From assembly GCA_965248055.1 (NCBI GenBank), contig CBDFIJ010000004.1:2400001-2464000 (forward strand): a stretch of DNA of 64,000 nucleotides, written 5' to 3'. Made by a program: the position numbers and the translations under genes. A model generated the notes under the pieces. It was not told where the DNA came from, did not search any database, and saw only the letters and a program-made list of their open reading frames with translations. The stretch is from Candidatus Multivoradales bacterium. GTDB taxonomy: Bacteria > Acidobacteriota > Thermoanaerobaculia > Multivoradales > JAHEKO01. Of this stretch, positions 1 through 9,988 are shown piece after piece (positions within the stretch are counted from its first letter, which is position 1; every line of letters starts with the position of its first letter).

Positions 1-109
1 AGTGGGTCTGTGTCAGCAGGGAGGGATCGGGGGCAGCGGACAAAGGGCAAGAGTCAACGGCAATCCTTAGCCATACGTGATCGCGAGTGAAGTAGCCTTC
101 GGGGAACCG

Positions 110-1138
110 ATGAAGACCATCTACTCCCATCTGCACACTAGCCACCGCGGCAATCTGGAACTCAGCGGTGGCGAGCTGATTACTTGTTTCGAGGTTCCGA
201 AACGCGCCGAAATCATCTTGAAGGCGGTCACCGAAGGTGGCCTTGGCCCGGTCCTGGATCCAACCCTGCAGTCGCTCGAAACCGCCCGCAGCGTTCACAG
301 CGCCGACTACGTGGATGCGTTGTCGAGAATCTGGCCTCTGTGGCAGGCGGAAGGACGCCAAGGCACCGCGATCCCAGCGGTGTTTCCAGTGGGCTCCGCC
401 AATCAGGTAGCACCGCAGACCGCAGGTGGGCTGCTGGGCTTCTACAGCTTTGACGCTGGAGCAACGCTTGTCGAAGGCACTTGGCAGGCGATCAAAGCTA
501 GCCAGGATGTTGCTCTCACAGCGGCAGACCTGATCGCCATCGGAGAGCGGGTCGCATTTGCCCTGTGTCGACCGCCCGGCCATCACGCAGGTGCGGCGAC
601 CATGGGCGGTTATTGCTATCTCAACAACGCCGCCATCGCCGCCCAGCGATTGCTCGAGAAGGGAGCCGAGCGGATCACCATCCTCGACATCGACTACCAC
701 CACGGCAACGGCACCCAAGAGATCTTCTACGACCGTGGAGACATTCAGGTCATAAGCATTCACGCCGACCCACGATTTGCCTACCCATATTTCTACGGGC
801 ACGCCGACGAGCGAGGTCGTGGCGCTGGGCAAGGTACGAACTTGAACTTACCCTTGCCGTTGGGAACCGACTTCCCAGCTTGGGGTGCAGCCCTCGAGGC
901 GGCTAGTACGACGATCGGTGAGTTTGACCCTGCTGCTCTGGTCGTCTCCCTCGGCGTGGATACCTTCGAGGGCGACCCGATCAGCCAGTTCCGTCTCCAA
1001 ACGGAGAGCTACCCAGGAATCGGTGTGCGAATCCGACAACTCGACCTACCGACGCTGTTCGTCATGGAAGGCGGGTACGCGGTGGAGGAGATCGGCGCCA
1101 ATGTCACCGGGGTTTTGTCTGGTTTTGAGGGTGCGTAG
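110..1138 (+). CDS. aphA: Acetylpolyamine amidohydrolase (histone deacetylase family)
   Basis: Motifs RPPGHHA, GGYCYLNN, DIDYHHGNGT, SLGVDTFEGDPI and MEGGY; N-terminus MKTIYS..ELSGGEL..FE.P.RA is typical of APAHs. ATG at 110 preferred over GTG at 77. Confidence 0.9.
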   Translation: MKTIYSHLHTSHRGNLELSGGELITCFEVPKRAEIILKAVTEGGLGPVLDPTLQSLETARSVHSADYVDALSRIWPLWQAEGRQGTAIPAVFPVGSANQVAPQTAGGLLGFYSFDAGATLVEGTWQAIKASQDVALTAADLIAIGERVAFALCRPPGHHAGAATMGGYCYLNNAAIAAQRLLEKGAERITILDIDYHHGNGTQEIFYDRGDIQVISIHADPRFAYPYFYGHADERGRGAGQGTNLNLPLPLGTDFPAWGAALEAASTTIGEFDPAALVVSLGVDTFEGDPISQFRLQTESYPGIGVRIRQLDLPTLFVMEGGYAVEEIGANVTGVLSGFEGA

Positions 1139-1171
1139 CTTCGTTCTGGGTCGAGTAGGATCCTCATCTAA

Positions 1172-3553
1172 ATGCGCTCTCTGACCCGAATGACACTGGT
1201 CCTGGCCTTTGCCTGCATCACGTTGTCCTGTGGCGGGGGCGGCCCCAAGGTTGAAAAACATGGCACCAAGGCAGTCTTGATCGGCATCGACTCAGGCGAC
1301 TGGAAAATGATCGATGAGATTGCCGCAGATGGCGGCATGCCGAATCTAATGCTGCTGCGTGAGCAGGGCACTTGGGGGCCGTTGGAGACGCTCAACGATA
1401 TCCCTCTGTCCCCGGTGATTTGGACCAGTATCGCAACCGGTAAGACCGCCGCCAAGCATGGTATTTCGTGGTTCATGGTGGATCGAGTGGATGGCACCCG
1501 GGTGCCGGTGAGGAGCCACAACCGCAGAGTCAAAGCGATTTGGAACATGCTGGCGGAGGGCAAGCGCAAGCCCAACATGCTGGGATGGTGGGCGACCTTT
1601 CCGGCTGAAGATGTGGGCAAGGGCGTCCTGGTTTCCGACGGACTCGGTTTTCACGGCTTTGGCTCCACCGCGCGCGGTAGTACCGATGCCGAGAAGGTCT
1701 ACCCGGCTTCCAGGTTCGACGATTTTGACGCCCTAGTTCCGCCGTTGCAGCAAATCCCCTATTCGTTCACCTCCCGCTTCGTGAATCTGACCGAGGACGA
1801 ATACCAGGCGGAGATGTTCAGTCCGGGACGTTTTCCCGATCCCAATCCCTTCAACCCGATTCATCTGTTCCAGCAGTACGCCGCCACCGCCCGGGGATAC
1901 ACGGCGATCGCCGAGCAGCTCCTAGAAGAGAACGATTTCGACTTGTTTGGCGTCTACTATGAGCAGGTCGATAGCTTTTCGCATTTATTCATGAAGTACG
2001 ACCCGCCCAAGCTCGAGTGGGTCGAAGAGGCGTCATACCAACGCTACAAAGACGTGGTGCGCGAGTGGTATCGCTACCAGGACGAATTGCTGGGGCGCCT
2101 GCTGGAGAAGATCGACCTGGAAACTACCGCGGTATTTATCGTTTCGGACCACGGTTTCAAGAGCGGCGACCGGCGCATTCGTAGCGAAGAAACTGTGGAT
2201 GTGAAACGGGCTCACTTGGACCACGAAACTCAGGGCATCTACTTGGCGGTGGGGCCGCACATTCGTCAAGGGGACCGCGTCGCCGGAGCTTCGGTGATGG
2301 ACGTGACCCCCACCTTGCTCCACTACTTGGGCTTCCCGGTGGCCAAAGATATGGATGGCAAAGTCCTGGAAGGGTCGTTTGCTCCCGAGTTCATGGGCGA
2401 GCACCCGATTCGCTACATTGTGAGTTACGAAGACCAAATGGAACAGAAAGCCGAGGTCAAAGAGGACTATGACGCTGAGGCATCGGCGTCCAACGAGCGA
2501 GCCCTCAGGGCGCTGGGTTATTTGGGTGGTGATACCGAGTCTGAGGTCGGCGTGGCTGTGGATGGCGAAGAGTCATCTCCCGAGATCCACAACAACATGG
2601 GCCGCATTCACCTGCGCAACGGCGATGTTCCGAAGGCGCGATCCGAGTTTCGCAAGGCCTTGGTACTCGATGAGCGCAACGCTGATGCGCTGTTGAATTT
2701 GGCTGGCATTGAGCGTGGCGAGGGTCGACTGGCGGACGCAGAGGTCTTGGTCAAGCGGGCCTTGCAGGTCGACCCCAATTCGATCGGGGCGCTGGCTCAG
2801 CTCGCCGAGATCGCTCGTGATCAGGGTGACCTGCCGGAAGCGGTACGCCTGTTTCAAGAGGCCTTGGCGATCGACGACTCGCAGCCTTTCTTGCACCAGG
2901 GTTACGGCGACGTACTGCAGCGCGTCGGGCGTTTTGCCGAAGCCGAAGAGGCCTTCAAGTTGGTGCTGCAACTCGACCCAGATTCCTTCAAGGCGCACTA
3001 CAACCTCGGTGTCACCTATGGCAATCAGGGCAAGATGGAACTAGCGGTGACCGAGTATGAGAAGGCGCTGGAGATGTCTCCTCAGCATCCCGAAGCGTCT
3101 CTGGTGCACAATAACCTGGGGGCCATCGCCTTAGATCGTGGTGATCTCGACGGTGCCCAAGCGCACTTTGAAAAAGCGGTTGGCCAGGCGCCACACAACC
3201 TGGAATCGCGCTACAACCTGGCGCTGATCTACATGGACAAACGTGAGGTCGAGAAAGCCATTGAGATGCTCGAAGGAGCCGCCCTGGTCGACCCAAACCA
3301 CGAACTGGTTAATGTCCGCTTGGGGTTAGCCTACCTGGAAGTTAATCGCGGCGAAGACGCTTTCCGTACGTTTACCCTGGTCAAACGCCTCTATCCCAAC
3401 AACTGGATGGCCCCGATCGGCCTTGCCGTTCTCCACGCCGCCAATGGCCGCCCGGATCAGGCCAGAGAACTGCTCGCCGGAGCGATCAAACAGGGCGGAT
3501 CTCAGGCGTTGCAAACTGCGCGCGGGTATCCGGTGTTAGCGGATTTGTTGTAG
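1172..3553 (+). CDS. Alkaline-phosphatase-superfamily (type I phosphodiesterase-like) protein with C-terminal TPR array; probable lipoprotein
   Basis: LIGIDS, SPVIWTSIATG, DSFSHLF and VSDHGF metal-site motifs; ALRALGYL linker; many TPRs (AHYNLG, HNNLG); signal ending ITLSC. Confidence 0.85.
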   Translation: MRSLTRMTLVLAFACITLSCGGGGPKVEKHGTKAVLIGIDSGDWKMIDEIAADGGMPNLMLLREQGTWGPLETLNDIPLSPVIWTSIATGKTAAKHGISWFMVDRVDGTRVPVRSHNRRVKAIWNMLAEGKRKPNMLGWWATFPAEDVGKGVLVSDGLGFHGFGSTARGSTDAEKVYPASRFDDFDALVPPLQQIPYSFTSRFVNLTEDEYQAEMFSPGRFPDPNPFNPIHLFQQYAATARGYTAIAEQLLEENDFDLFGVYYEQVDSFSHLFMKYDPPKLEWVEEASYQRYKDVVREWYRYQDELLGRLLEKIDLETTAVFIVSDHGFKSGDRRIRSEETVDVKRAHLDHETQGIYLAVGPHIRQGDRVAGASVMDVTPTLLHYLGFPVAKDMDGKVLEGSFAPEFMGEHPIRYIVSYEDQMEQKAEVKEDYDAEASASNERALRALGYLGGDTESEVGVAVDGEESSPEIHNNMGRIHLRNGDVPKARSEFRKALVLDERNADALLNLAGIERGEGRLADAEVLVKRALQVDPNSIGALAQLAEIARDQGDLPEAVRLFQEALAIDDSQPFLHQGYGDVLQRVGRFAEAEEAFKLVLQLDPDSFKAHYNLGVTYGNQGKMELAVTEYEKALEMSPQHPEASLVHNNLGAIALDRGDLDGAQAHFEKAVGQAPHNLESRYNLALIYMDKREVEKAIEMLEGAALVDPNHELVNVRLGLAYLEVNRGEDAFRTFTLVKRLYPNNWMAPIGLAVLHAANGRPDQARELLAGAIKQGGSQALQTARGYPVLADLL

Positions 3554-3731
3554 CACTCTAGACTTCTAGCTATCTGGCCGGGGCTGGCGGCCGAAAAAAT
3601 TTAATCCGGTGTCTCTGCGGGTTGCTTTTCCGCTTCTGGTAGGGGCCTATTCCCGACCGCCAATCCGCGCTTTTTGGCTAACCTCTCCTACCGTTTGCGT
3701 AGCTGGGCGAGTTGGTTGTCTTGGCGTCCGG

Positions 3732-4385
3732 TCAATCCCTAGGGTCGACATCGACACGTAATTGCTGGATATCCAGTGACTTTGCCGGCGGCACCAACAA
3801 TTGACCGACTCGGGTGAGGAAGTAATCCTGGACCCGCTGCCAGTCCGACTCGCCCTCTCCGGGAAGCGCGGCTTCTCGGTCGGCGTCTGCGAAGTAGGTA
3901 AGAGCACGCAGCAGCAGGGAATCATCTACCTGACCGTAGACCGCTCGCAAGGATCGCAGACACTCGGCGATGCCAAGCTGCTGGTCTTGGAGCACGACGT
4001 AGAGGTCAAAAAAGTCCCTACGGGTACCCCGATCGAGGATTGCGTGCATCTTGGTTGCGAGAATCCCGGTGACGCTCAAGCGCCGTTCCTCGGTGAAGGG
4101 AGCAAGCTCTTTGAGCAAGAAGATGGAAACTGGAATCGCGTTCCACAACAGGTGAACTGTGTCAGCGCCGCGCTCCTGAATCTCAACTGTGCCGGCGTTG
4201 CTGAAGGTGGAGACCAGTTCGTCGATCGATTGTGCCTCGGAGACACCAAAATCGACGTCACGCGTCGGTCGGTAGGGACACAAGCAGCGTACTGCCTGAC
4301 CACCGATTACGAACCAGAAAGGAAGGTCCTTGACGATCGCGCGAAGCGGTGCGGGGATCACTTCCTCCGGTCGGTAGGGGCTCAT
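3732..4385 (-). CDS. AbiEii/AbiGii-family nucleotidyltransferase toxin (type IV TA)
   Basis: VIGGQAV, RPTRDVDF and TKMHAILDRGTRRDFFDLY motifs; 4-bp overlap with the upstream gene. Confidence 0.82.
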   Translation of the reverse strand: MSPYRPEEVIPAPLRAIVKDLPFWFVIGGQAVRCLCPYRPTRDVDFGVSEAQSIDELVSTFSNAGTVEIQERGADTVHLLWNAIPVSIFLLKELAPFTEERRLSVTGILATKMHAILDRGTRRDFFDLYVVLQDQQLGIAECLRSLRAVYGQVDDSLLLRALTYFADADREAALPGEGESDWQRVQDYFLTRVGQLLVPPAKSLDIQQLRVDVDPRD

Positions 4386-4891
4386 CGGATACCTCTCGTG
4401 CGCAGGATCGCCTCAAGCAGCCCTTGGCTACGAGGTCGCCAACCTGGAAGGCTCGCGGCTTGGCATAGCGTTAGCCAGGGAAGCCCCGCGGCGAAACAGA
4501 CCGCTTTGAGGTCGCCGTAGTTGAGGCAATAGAAAGCTAGCTGGTGTCCAGGCACGGCGCTGTCTTCGGTCAAGTTGTGCAGAGCACTTCGTACCGTAGT
4601 TGGCAGCTCGTTCACTGAATAGCTACGTGTTGGTGCCCGTTGCATGTGCTTATAAATCGTCGCTCGGGCGGGAGTCTTCCTTCCACGAGCGCGGCAGAAA
4701 TCATCGAGGGCGCGCAGGATCGTGTTGACCCTAGGACGTTCCTGCCCCTGCAGCAGGCGATCCAGTTCTGTGGACACCTCCACCGGTAGCCGGGAACGTC
4801 CACGATCGCTACGCACACGCTGCCCCGTTCGGTGACCCCGGAGTCGACTCTCACCACGGCGTACAGATTCTTCAAAATTAAATAAAGTCAT
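4382..4891 (-). CDS. Putative antitoxin/regulator: HTH region plus YG-D-containing C-terminal domain
   Basis: Coupled to the AbiEii gene by an ATGA overlap; RSDRGRSRL...CRARGRKTPARATIYK HTH; YCLNYGDL motif; AT-rich upstream region. Confidence 0.6.
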   Translation of the reverse strand: MTLFNFEESVRRGESRLRGHRTGQRVRSDRGRSRLPVEVSTELDRLLQGQERPRVNTILRALDDFCRARGRKTPARATIYKHMQRAPTRSYSVNELPTTVRSALHNLTEDSAVPGHQLAFYCLNYGDLKAVCFAAGLPWLTLCQAASLPGWRPRSQGLLEAILRTRGIR

Positions 4892-5150
4892 TTAGAAGAA
4901 TAATAGCAGACAATAGCCACTTTAATAATGACAGTGGCTCGGTTTTCAACGCTAACGTTGCCAGGTCCCGCTTGCCTAATTCATCTCGAAGCTTCTTTTG
5001 TACGGGCTCAGAGCATGCCCTACACGGTGCGGGATCGATCCAGTTTAAGAGTTATGTTGAAATGGTGGTCTCCAGCGTGCCAGGAAATCTTGAAATCCAC
5101 TTATGACGTGGCGCTGATTAACACTGGGTCTGGTGGGTGTTGTTGTCAGG

Positions 5151-5981
5151 TCAGTGACCAGCGATCCAGGCGTCCACCTCATCACTTGTAGCCTCATCGT
5201 CTAGGATCTGCTCGATCGTTGATCGATCTCTGGGGTCGAGTTCCAGTTGGAATAATCGTTTCCCTTCGTCGCGAAAACGTTTTTTCTCTGTTGCATCAGT
5301 TCCCAGGTAGCTCTGATAGGCAGTCCAACGCCCCAGTCGGTATTGAGTCGGTTGGTCGAGGTCGGGGAGTCTCGCCTCAGCATCCGACAACTCCTGAATG
5401 AGAGCCTTGGGGTTCAGCGAAGACCGATCTCTTCGGATCTGTTGATAGACCGCCGATGCCGGTTGACTCAAAGGGAGCTTGTCGATGTTAAAGATCAGAG
5501 CGCCCAGAATCCTCTGCAGATCTTGCTCTCGCCCGGCACGCGCCGCAACCTCAAGATCGACCGCCATGACTCCGAGGCGAAAGGAAACATCCTCCCCGAC
5601 CATTCCCGTCGACCCTCCGCGCAGTTCACTCCATCCGCGGAACGGCATTGACTGATCGGCAGCAATCGATTGAGCGACCTGGCGTTGCAGGGTGAGGTCC
5701 CAGGGTTTTGCACTGTTGAAAACGCCGACTGCGATCAACAAAACCGCGGCAGCTGCGAGGAATGAGACGACGAGCTTCCATGGAGGTCGGCTCTTGCCTT
5801 CTTGCGAGGCCCCCAGTTCAGACATCACGCGAACGGTTTCGGCCACGGTTTCTTCACAAGAGGCACAGCTCAACAAATGCTGTTCGATATCTGAACGCTG
5901 GTCGTCGGACAGGTCGCCGTCGATGTATGCGGCCAAGTCTTCCGGCGTCGGACATTGTGCTTGGGCGGGATAGTTACTCAT
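5151..5981 (-). CDS. zf-HC2 (ZAS) membrane anti-sigma factor
   Basis: CPTPEDLAAYIDG...HLLSCASC (HxxxCxxC), one TM helix, extracytoplasmic C-terminal domain; overlaps the sigma stop codon. Confidence 0.85.
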   Translation of the reverse strand: MSNYPAQAQCPTPEDLAAYIDGDLSDDQRSDIEQHLLSCASCEETVAETVRVMSELGASQEGKSRPPWKLVVSFLAAAAVLLIAVGVFNSAKPWDLTLQRQVAQSIAADQSMPFRGWSELRGGSTGMVGEDVSFRLGVMAVDLEVAARAGREQDLQRILGALIFNIDKLPLSQPASAVYQQIRRDRSSLNPKALIQELSDAEARLPDLDQPTQYRLGRWTAYQSYLGTDATEKKRFRDEGKRLFQLELDPRDRSTIEQILDDEATSDEVDAWIAGH

Positions 5982-6853
5982 GGGGCGTTCTCGACTGCTT
6001 GCAGGGTAGGCATAGTCAGCGCTTCATCCAGACCTGTGACATCCAGGTCAGAATCAACACCAACCCAACCTACCAACGCGCTCACGTCTTGTGCAGCGAC
6101 GCCGCTTGCTTCCATGGTGGTGCGCAACCTCCGCAAACAGCCCTCAAACTGCCGATACAGCTTACGCCGATCGACCCCCATTCCGGCAGCGATTTCGGTC
6201 ACCGTCAAACCATGAGCGAAGCGCTGTCTTATAAGTAGACGGTCCTCTGGCTCAAGTTGTTGTAGCCCAGCGTTCATTGCGGTGCGTACCCGTTCCATCT
6301 GTTGGTGGAGCTCGCGGTCTCGCACTCCAGACTCGGCCGATGATTTGTCGCTGACTTCAGCGACTTCATCCAATCCAACCGTGTGGTGCGTTTCCCGTAT
6401 CGGTAGTCGTGCCAACAGCTTTTCAAGCTCGATCTTGGTTTTTTCGGGCTCCGCCGAGGCTTGTACCAGGAACCGTACCGCCTCGGCAGCACTGCTGCCG
6501 TCGCGATGAATCTTGCGCTCCAACTCGACTGCTTTGGCCCCCAACCGCTTGGCAGTAGCTGACGGACGCCACCGTCCCCATATATGATCCAAATAATCTC
6601 GAAGAAGATTTTGCACCACGACGGCGAGATAGGTCCGTCGTTGGCTCCGGCCCTCAAACTTACGGACGCGCCGATAGTTGTTTTCGATGAAACGAATTTT
6701 CGCCCAAGATCCAAAGTCCTCCGACTCCTCCGAGCGAAGCCCTCGCTTTCGACAACTGATCTCGATCAGTTTTTCGATTTCCGGAAGCCACTGCAAAAAC
6801 TGGTTTTCCCAGCGAGCCGTGTCCGGACGTTGTTCACTTCCCCGCAAACGCAC
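5978..6853 (-). CDS. Sigma-70 family (ECF-like) RNA polymerase sigma factor
   Basis: Region 2 (EDF...TYLAVVVQNLLRDY) and region 4 (LEPEDRLLIRQRFAHGLTVTEIAAGMGV), with a long insert between them. Confidence 0.85.
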   Translation of the reverse strand: MRLRGSEQRPDTARWENQFLQWLPEIEKLIEISCRKRGLRSEESEDFGSWAKIRFIENNYRRVRKFEGRSQRRTYLAVVVQNLLRDYLDHIWGRWRPSATAKRLGAKAVELERKIHRDGSSAAEAVRFLVQASAEPEKTKIELEKLLARLPIRETHHTVGLDEVAEVSDKSSAESGVRDRELHQQMERVRTAMNAGLQQLEPEDRLLIRQRFAHGLTVTEIAAGMGVDRRKLYRQFEGCLRRLRTTMEASGVAAQDVSALVGWVGVDSDLDVTGLDEALTMPTLQAVENAP

Positions 6854-6941
6854 CTTCCTTCAAAGAGACCGGGGGGAGTATAACCAACGAGTTCGCCATT
6901 TCTTCGAGCGACCACAGAGGAATGCGATAGGAGCATCGCTG

Positions 6942-9900
6942 ATGACCATCTTGGCTTGTTCGGAAACGCCTATCGACCCAGAAGCCGTTCTAGCCTCCCA
7001 ACCTCGACCGTTTTCCGTCCGCTTTTCGAGCTTTCAGTATCGTGATTGTCGTGGCCTAGGTGAGCCTCGGGACTCAAGAGCAACTATGAGTGCCGGGAAT
7101 AAGGTAGTGCGCTGCTCCGATGTTCCTCGGCCAGGAACGCGCCGATTTCGAACCCTTGAGAAAGTCGCCGAATCGCTTCGCGCTCCGGTTGATTCTGTGA
7201 GAAATGCAGCTCACCGAGCCCATCTTCAGGGTCTCTATTCCTTGGTGTGGGCGGAGAGCCAGGAAGAACTGAGCGCAGTGAGGCGTCTGTGGGAGCGAAC
7301 GCTGAGTAGCTCTGACGGGAATAACTCGAAGCTACTAGCAGACTTGGCGGCGCTGGCACTCGTTCAATCGCGTTCGCGGGATGAAGGGTGGCTGCATCTT
7401 GAGGCGTTGGACATCGCGCAGCGCGCACATAGAGAGCTTCAAGATGACCTCGCAGCTAGCTTCAACATGGGATTGGCGCTTGAGAACGCTGGCTTGCGTT
7501 TGGCGGCCCAAGAGGCCTGGAGAAGGTATTTGGCGCGCGAGGCTGAAGCAAGCTGGCGCTATGAAGGGAAGGATCGTCTTGCTGAGGCCAGCGATCCGAC
7601 CATGGTTGAGCTGTGGGAGTACGATCGGACGAAGCTTAGACGGGCCATTCACAATGAAGATTTTGGAGCATTTGGAACGCTTGCCGAAGCGCATCGACAG
7701 CGTTTGTTCGACGATTTTCTCGAACGCAGCCTAGGTGATTGGTCCGAGAGTCACCTTGCTCGTCGCACCGACTCCCAACGTCGTCTGCGCGAGCTTCAAG
7801 TTGTTGCTGAATTGTTTGAAAAATGGGGTGCTGGATCTTTTCCGGCTCTCAGGGCGCTCGATGCCGAAAAAGAACCGACCTCTGCCCATGATTCACTCGC
7901 AAGGCTGGTTGGAGGTTTTTCTCGGGGTGTAGCTGCTTATCGAGAACAACAGTTTGAGAAAGCCCAGAAACTCTTTAGGAAGATTGATATTGGCCTTGTT
8001 GGTCATCGATCGAATTTGGCAGCTTGGGCTCGGTACTATGATGCGGTTTCGACGTTTCACAGCGATGTGGTCGGTAGTGGGCGAAGCCTCAGAAGCCTTG
8101 CAGCGGAGGTGCCTGACAGAGAAATGGTCCTTAGGGCACGAGTCTATTGGGTTGAGGGTTTGGTCGCTTCCCTAGGAGGTGACCACGAGGCGGCGCTAGA
8201 ATTTTTTGGTGTGGCCTCTTCCTTGCTAGAAAACAGCCTGGGATATGAGGCCTCGTTGGGCGCAGTCGTTCAGAAAACTAGTGTGCTGGAGTCGCTTGGA
8301 AGGGAGTACGAAGCTTGGAGTGCTTCTGTCGAGGCGTTACGGCATTTGTCGAAGAACGGGGATCACAGACTGTGGTTTGAGCGTGCTGGCCTACTGGGCA
8401 AATATCTCTGCGAGCAGGGCTCATCAGAAGTCGCCATGCTTACGATAAGGGAAGCGCTAGCGATTGCTGAAGCTTGGGGAAACGTTGTCTCATTACAGGA
8501 AGCACACTACTGGCTTGGCCAATGTTTGTTTCGCCAAGGAAATGTGGGGGCCAGGTCCTATCTGGAACAGTCGTACAGATTTGCAGAGCAAGTCAAAGAT
8601 CCTAGTTTTAGACGAGTCCTCGAAGCGGATGTTGATACCGTCATGGCCGACGTAGTGGCTAGTAAGGACTCTACGAGAGCGTTGAGTCTTCTCGAAGGTG
8701 TTGTCCAAACCTACGAGGGTCTAGGTGATGAACTTAGTTTGGCAGTGGCGCTTGAGGTGCAAGGGAGGACTCTCGCTGGAAGAGGTTTTCGGGAGGAAGC
8801 GTGGCTGGTATTGCAACGGGCAGAACGGATACTTCTGTCGGGTGTGCAATGGGCGAAACCAACAACGGAACCCCTGCGCCTCCGGGTCGCAGAACGTTTG
8901 TACGGCTCGATGTTGGCTCAGGCCGTTGGACGTGGTGATCCGCAATTGAGCTTGTGGTGTGCAGAAGCGAAGCGGGCGGTAAGCGAAGGGCGAAGACCAC
9001 CTTCTGGACCAAAGGATCTCATGGGTCTATTCCCCCGCGGAGCCGATGTGGTGTTTTATGAAGATGTTGGGGACGTCACGTATGTCTGGTGGGTACGGGA
9101 CCAGAGCATTGAGATGAACAATCTTGGCCGAGTGCCGACGCTTCCATCGTCAAAGCAACTTGCGTTTTCCGCTGAGTGGATGGCGAGACTCTATGATCTA
9201 TTGCTAGCGCCTTTGTCCATCAGTAAGTCGCAACGTCCGCTCTTGGTTATTCCGTCTTCCCGTCTCATGGGAGTTCCCTTCGCGAGGTTGCTCAACGGTG
9301 TTGGTACCAATGTGGCTGAGTGGCGCTCGATCATGTATTCACCTAGTCTGACGGCGCAAACGGATTTCGATGTAAGCAGCGGAGTGCAATTGGAAGAGGA
9401 CTTGTTGGTATTCGCGCCGCTTGTTACGGGCGATAGTTCAGCATTCCCGTTCGCACAAATGGAAGTCAACGATATCGTCGCACTTGTCCCTCACGCGACG
9501 GTATATGCCGGAAGAGAGGCATCCAAATCTGCTTTCCTACGGGCGGCTCCAGGCTCGCGGGTAATTCACTTTACTGGGCATTCCACTCTCGATGCGCTCA
9601 TCCCATATCGAGCGAACCTTATGTTTGGGAATAGCAGCAACAAGTTATCGACTGCGGAGCTAAGTAATGTCGAACTTTCATCCGTCCAACTCATCGTGCT
9701 TGCTAGCTGCACTTCTGCCATCGACCAGGACTTTGCGAACGTATCTCGATTCGGTATGGCGCAGGCTTTCCTTGCGAGAGGCGTCGGTGGGGTTCTTGGT
9801 TCAATGTGGGAGGTTTCAGATAGTGAGACGAGAGTATTCATGCGGCGGTTCTACTCTGAGTTCTTGGCAGGGAAGACGCCTGCTGCTGCGCTGGCTTTCA

Positions 9901-9971
9901 TCCAAAAGGAGCGCGCAGCAGAAACTGGCCGACCTGACTGGGCAGCCTGGAGGCTGGTTGGCAGGATGTAA
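6942..9971 (+). CDS. TPR-CHAT domain protein (caspase-like peptidase)
   Basis: C-terminal CHAT with VIHFTGHS (His), IVLASCTS (Cys), GMAQAFLARG, LGSMWEVSD and WAAW; helical TPR-like middle. ATG 6942 has AGGAG 8 nt upstream; the ORF-track start 6678 overlaps the sigma gene antisense. Confidence 0.88.
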   Translation: MTILACSETPIDPEAVLASQPRPFSVRFSSFQYRDCRGLGEPRDSRATMSAGNKVVRCSDVPRPGTRRFRTLEKVAESLRAPVDSVRNAAHRAHLQGLYSLVWAESQEELSAVRRLWERTLSSSDGNNSKLLADLAALALVQSRSRDEGWLHLEALDIAQRAHRELQDDLAASFNMGLALENAGLRLAAQEAWRRYLAREAEASWRYEGKDRLAEASDPTMVELWEYDRTKLRRAIHNEDFGAFGTLAEAHRQRLFDDFLERSLGDWSESHLARRTDSQRRLRELQVVAELFEKWGAGSFPALRALDAEKEPTSAHDSLARLVGGFSRGVAAYREQQFEKAQKLFRKIDIGLVGHRSNLAAWARYYDAVSTFHSDVVGSGRSLRSLAAEVPDREMVLRARVYWVEGLVASLGGDHEAALEFFGVASSLLENSLGYEASLGAVVQKTSVLESLGREYEAWSASVEALRHLSKNGDHRLWFERAGLLGKYLCEQGSSEVAMLTIREALAIAEAWGNVVSLQEAHYWLGQCLFRQGNVGARSYLEQSYRFAEQVKDPSFRRVLEADVDTVMADVVASKDSTRALSLLEGVVQTYEGLGDELSLAVALEVQGRTLAGRGFREEAWLVLQRAERILLSGVQWAKPTTEPLRLRVAERLYGSMLAQAVGRGDPQLSLWCAEAKRAVSEGRRPPSGPKDLMGLFPRGADVVFYEDVGDVTYVWWVRDQSIEMNNLGRVPTLPSSKQLAFSAEWMARLYDLLLAPLSISKSQRPLLVIPSSRLMGVPFARLLNGVGTNVAEWRSIMYSPSLTAQTDFDVSSGVQLEEDLLVFAPLVTGDSSAFPFAQMEVNDIVALVPHATVYAGREASKSAFLRAAPGSRVIHFTGHSTLDALIPYRANLMFGNSSNKLSTAELSNVELSSVQLIVLASCTSAIDQDFANVSRFGMAQAFLARGVGGVLGSMWEVSDSETRVFMRRFYSEFLAGKTPAAALAFIQKERAAETGRPDWAAWRLVGRM

Positions 9972-9988
9972 ATGAAATAAGGAGTGTA

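Noticed and set aside
4382-4891. Transposase pseudogene interpretation of the TnsB-like segment
   Set aside because: No DDE core, tnsC/tniB or transposon ends; the ORF is intact and coupled to the toxin.
4928-5191. 87-aa plus-strand ORF between the TA and the anti-sigma
   Set aside because: No RBS, no recognisable motif, and it overlaps the anti-sigma 3' end.
6678-6941. N-terminal extension of the CHAT ORF
   Set aside because: Overlaps the sigma gene antisense; ATG 6942 has a good RBS.
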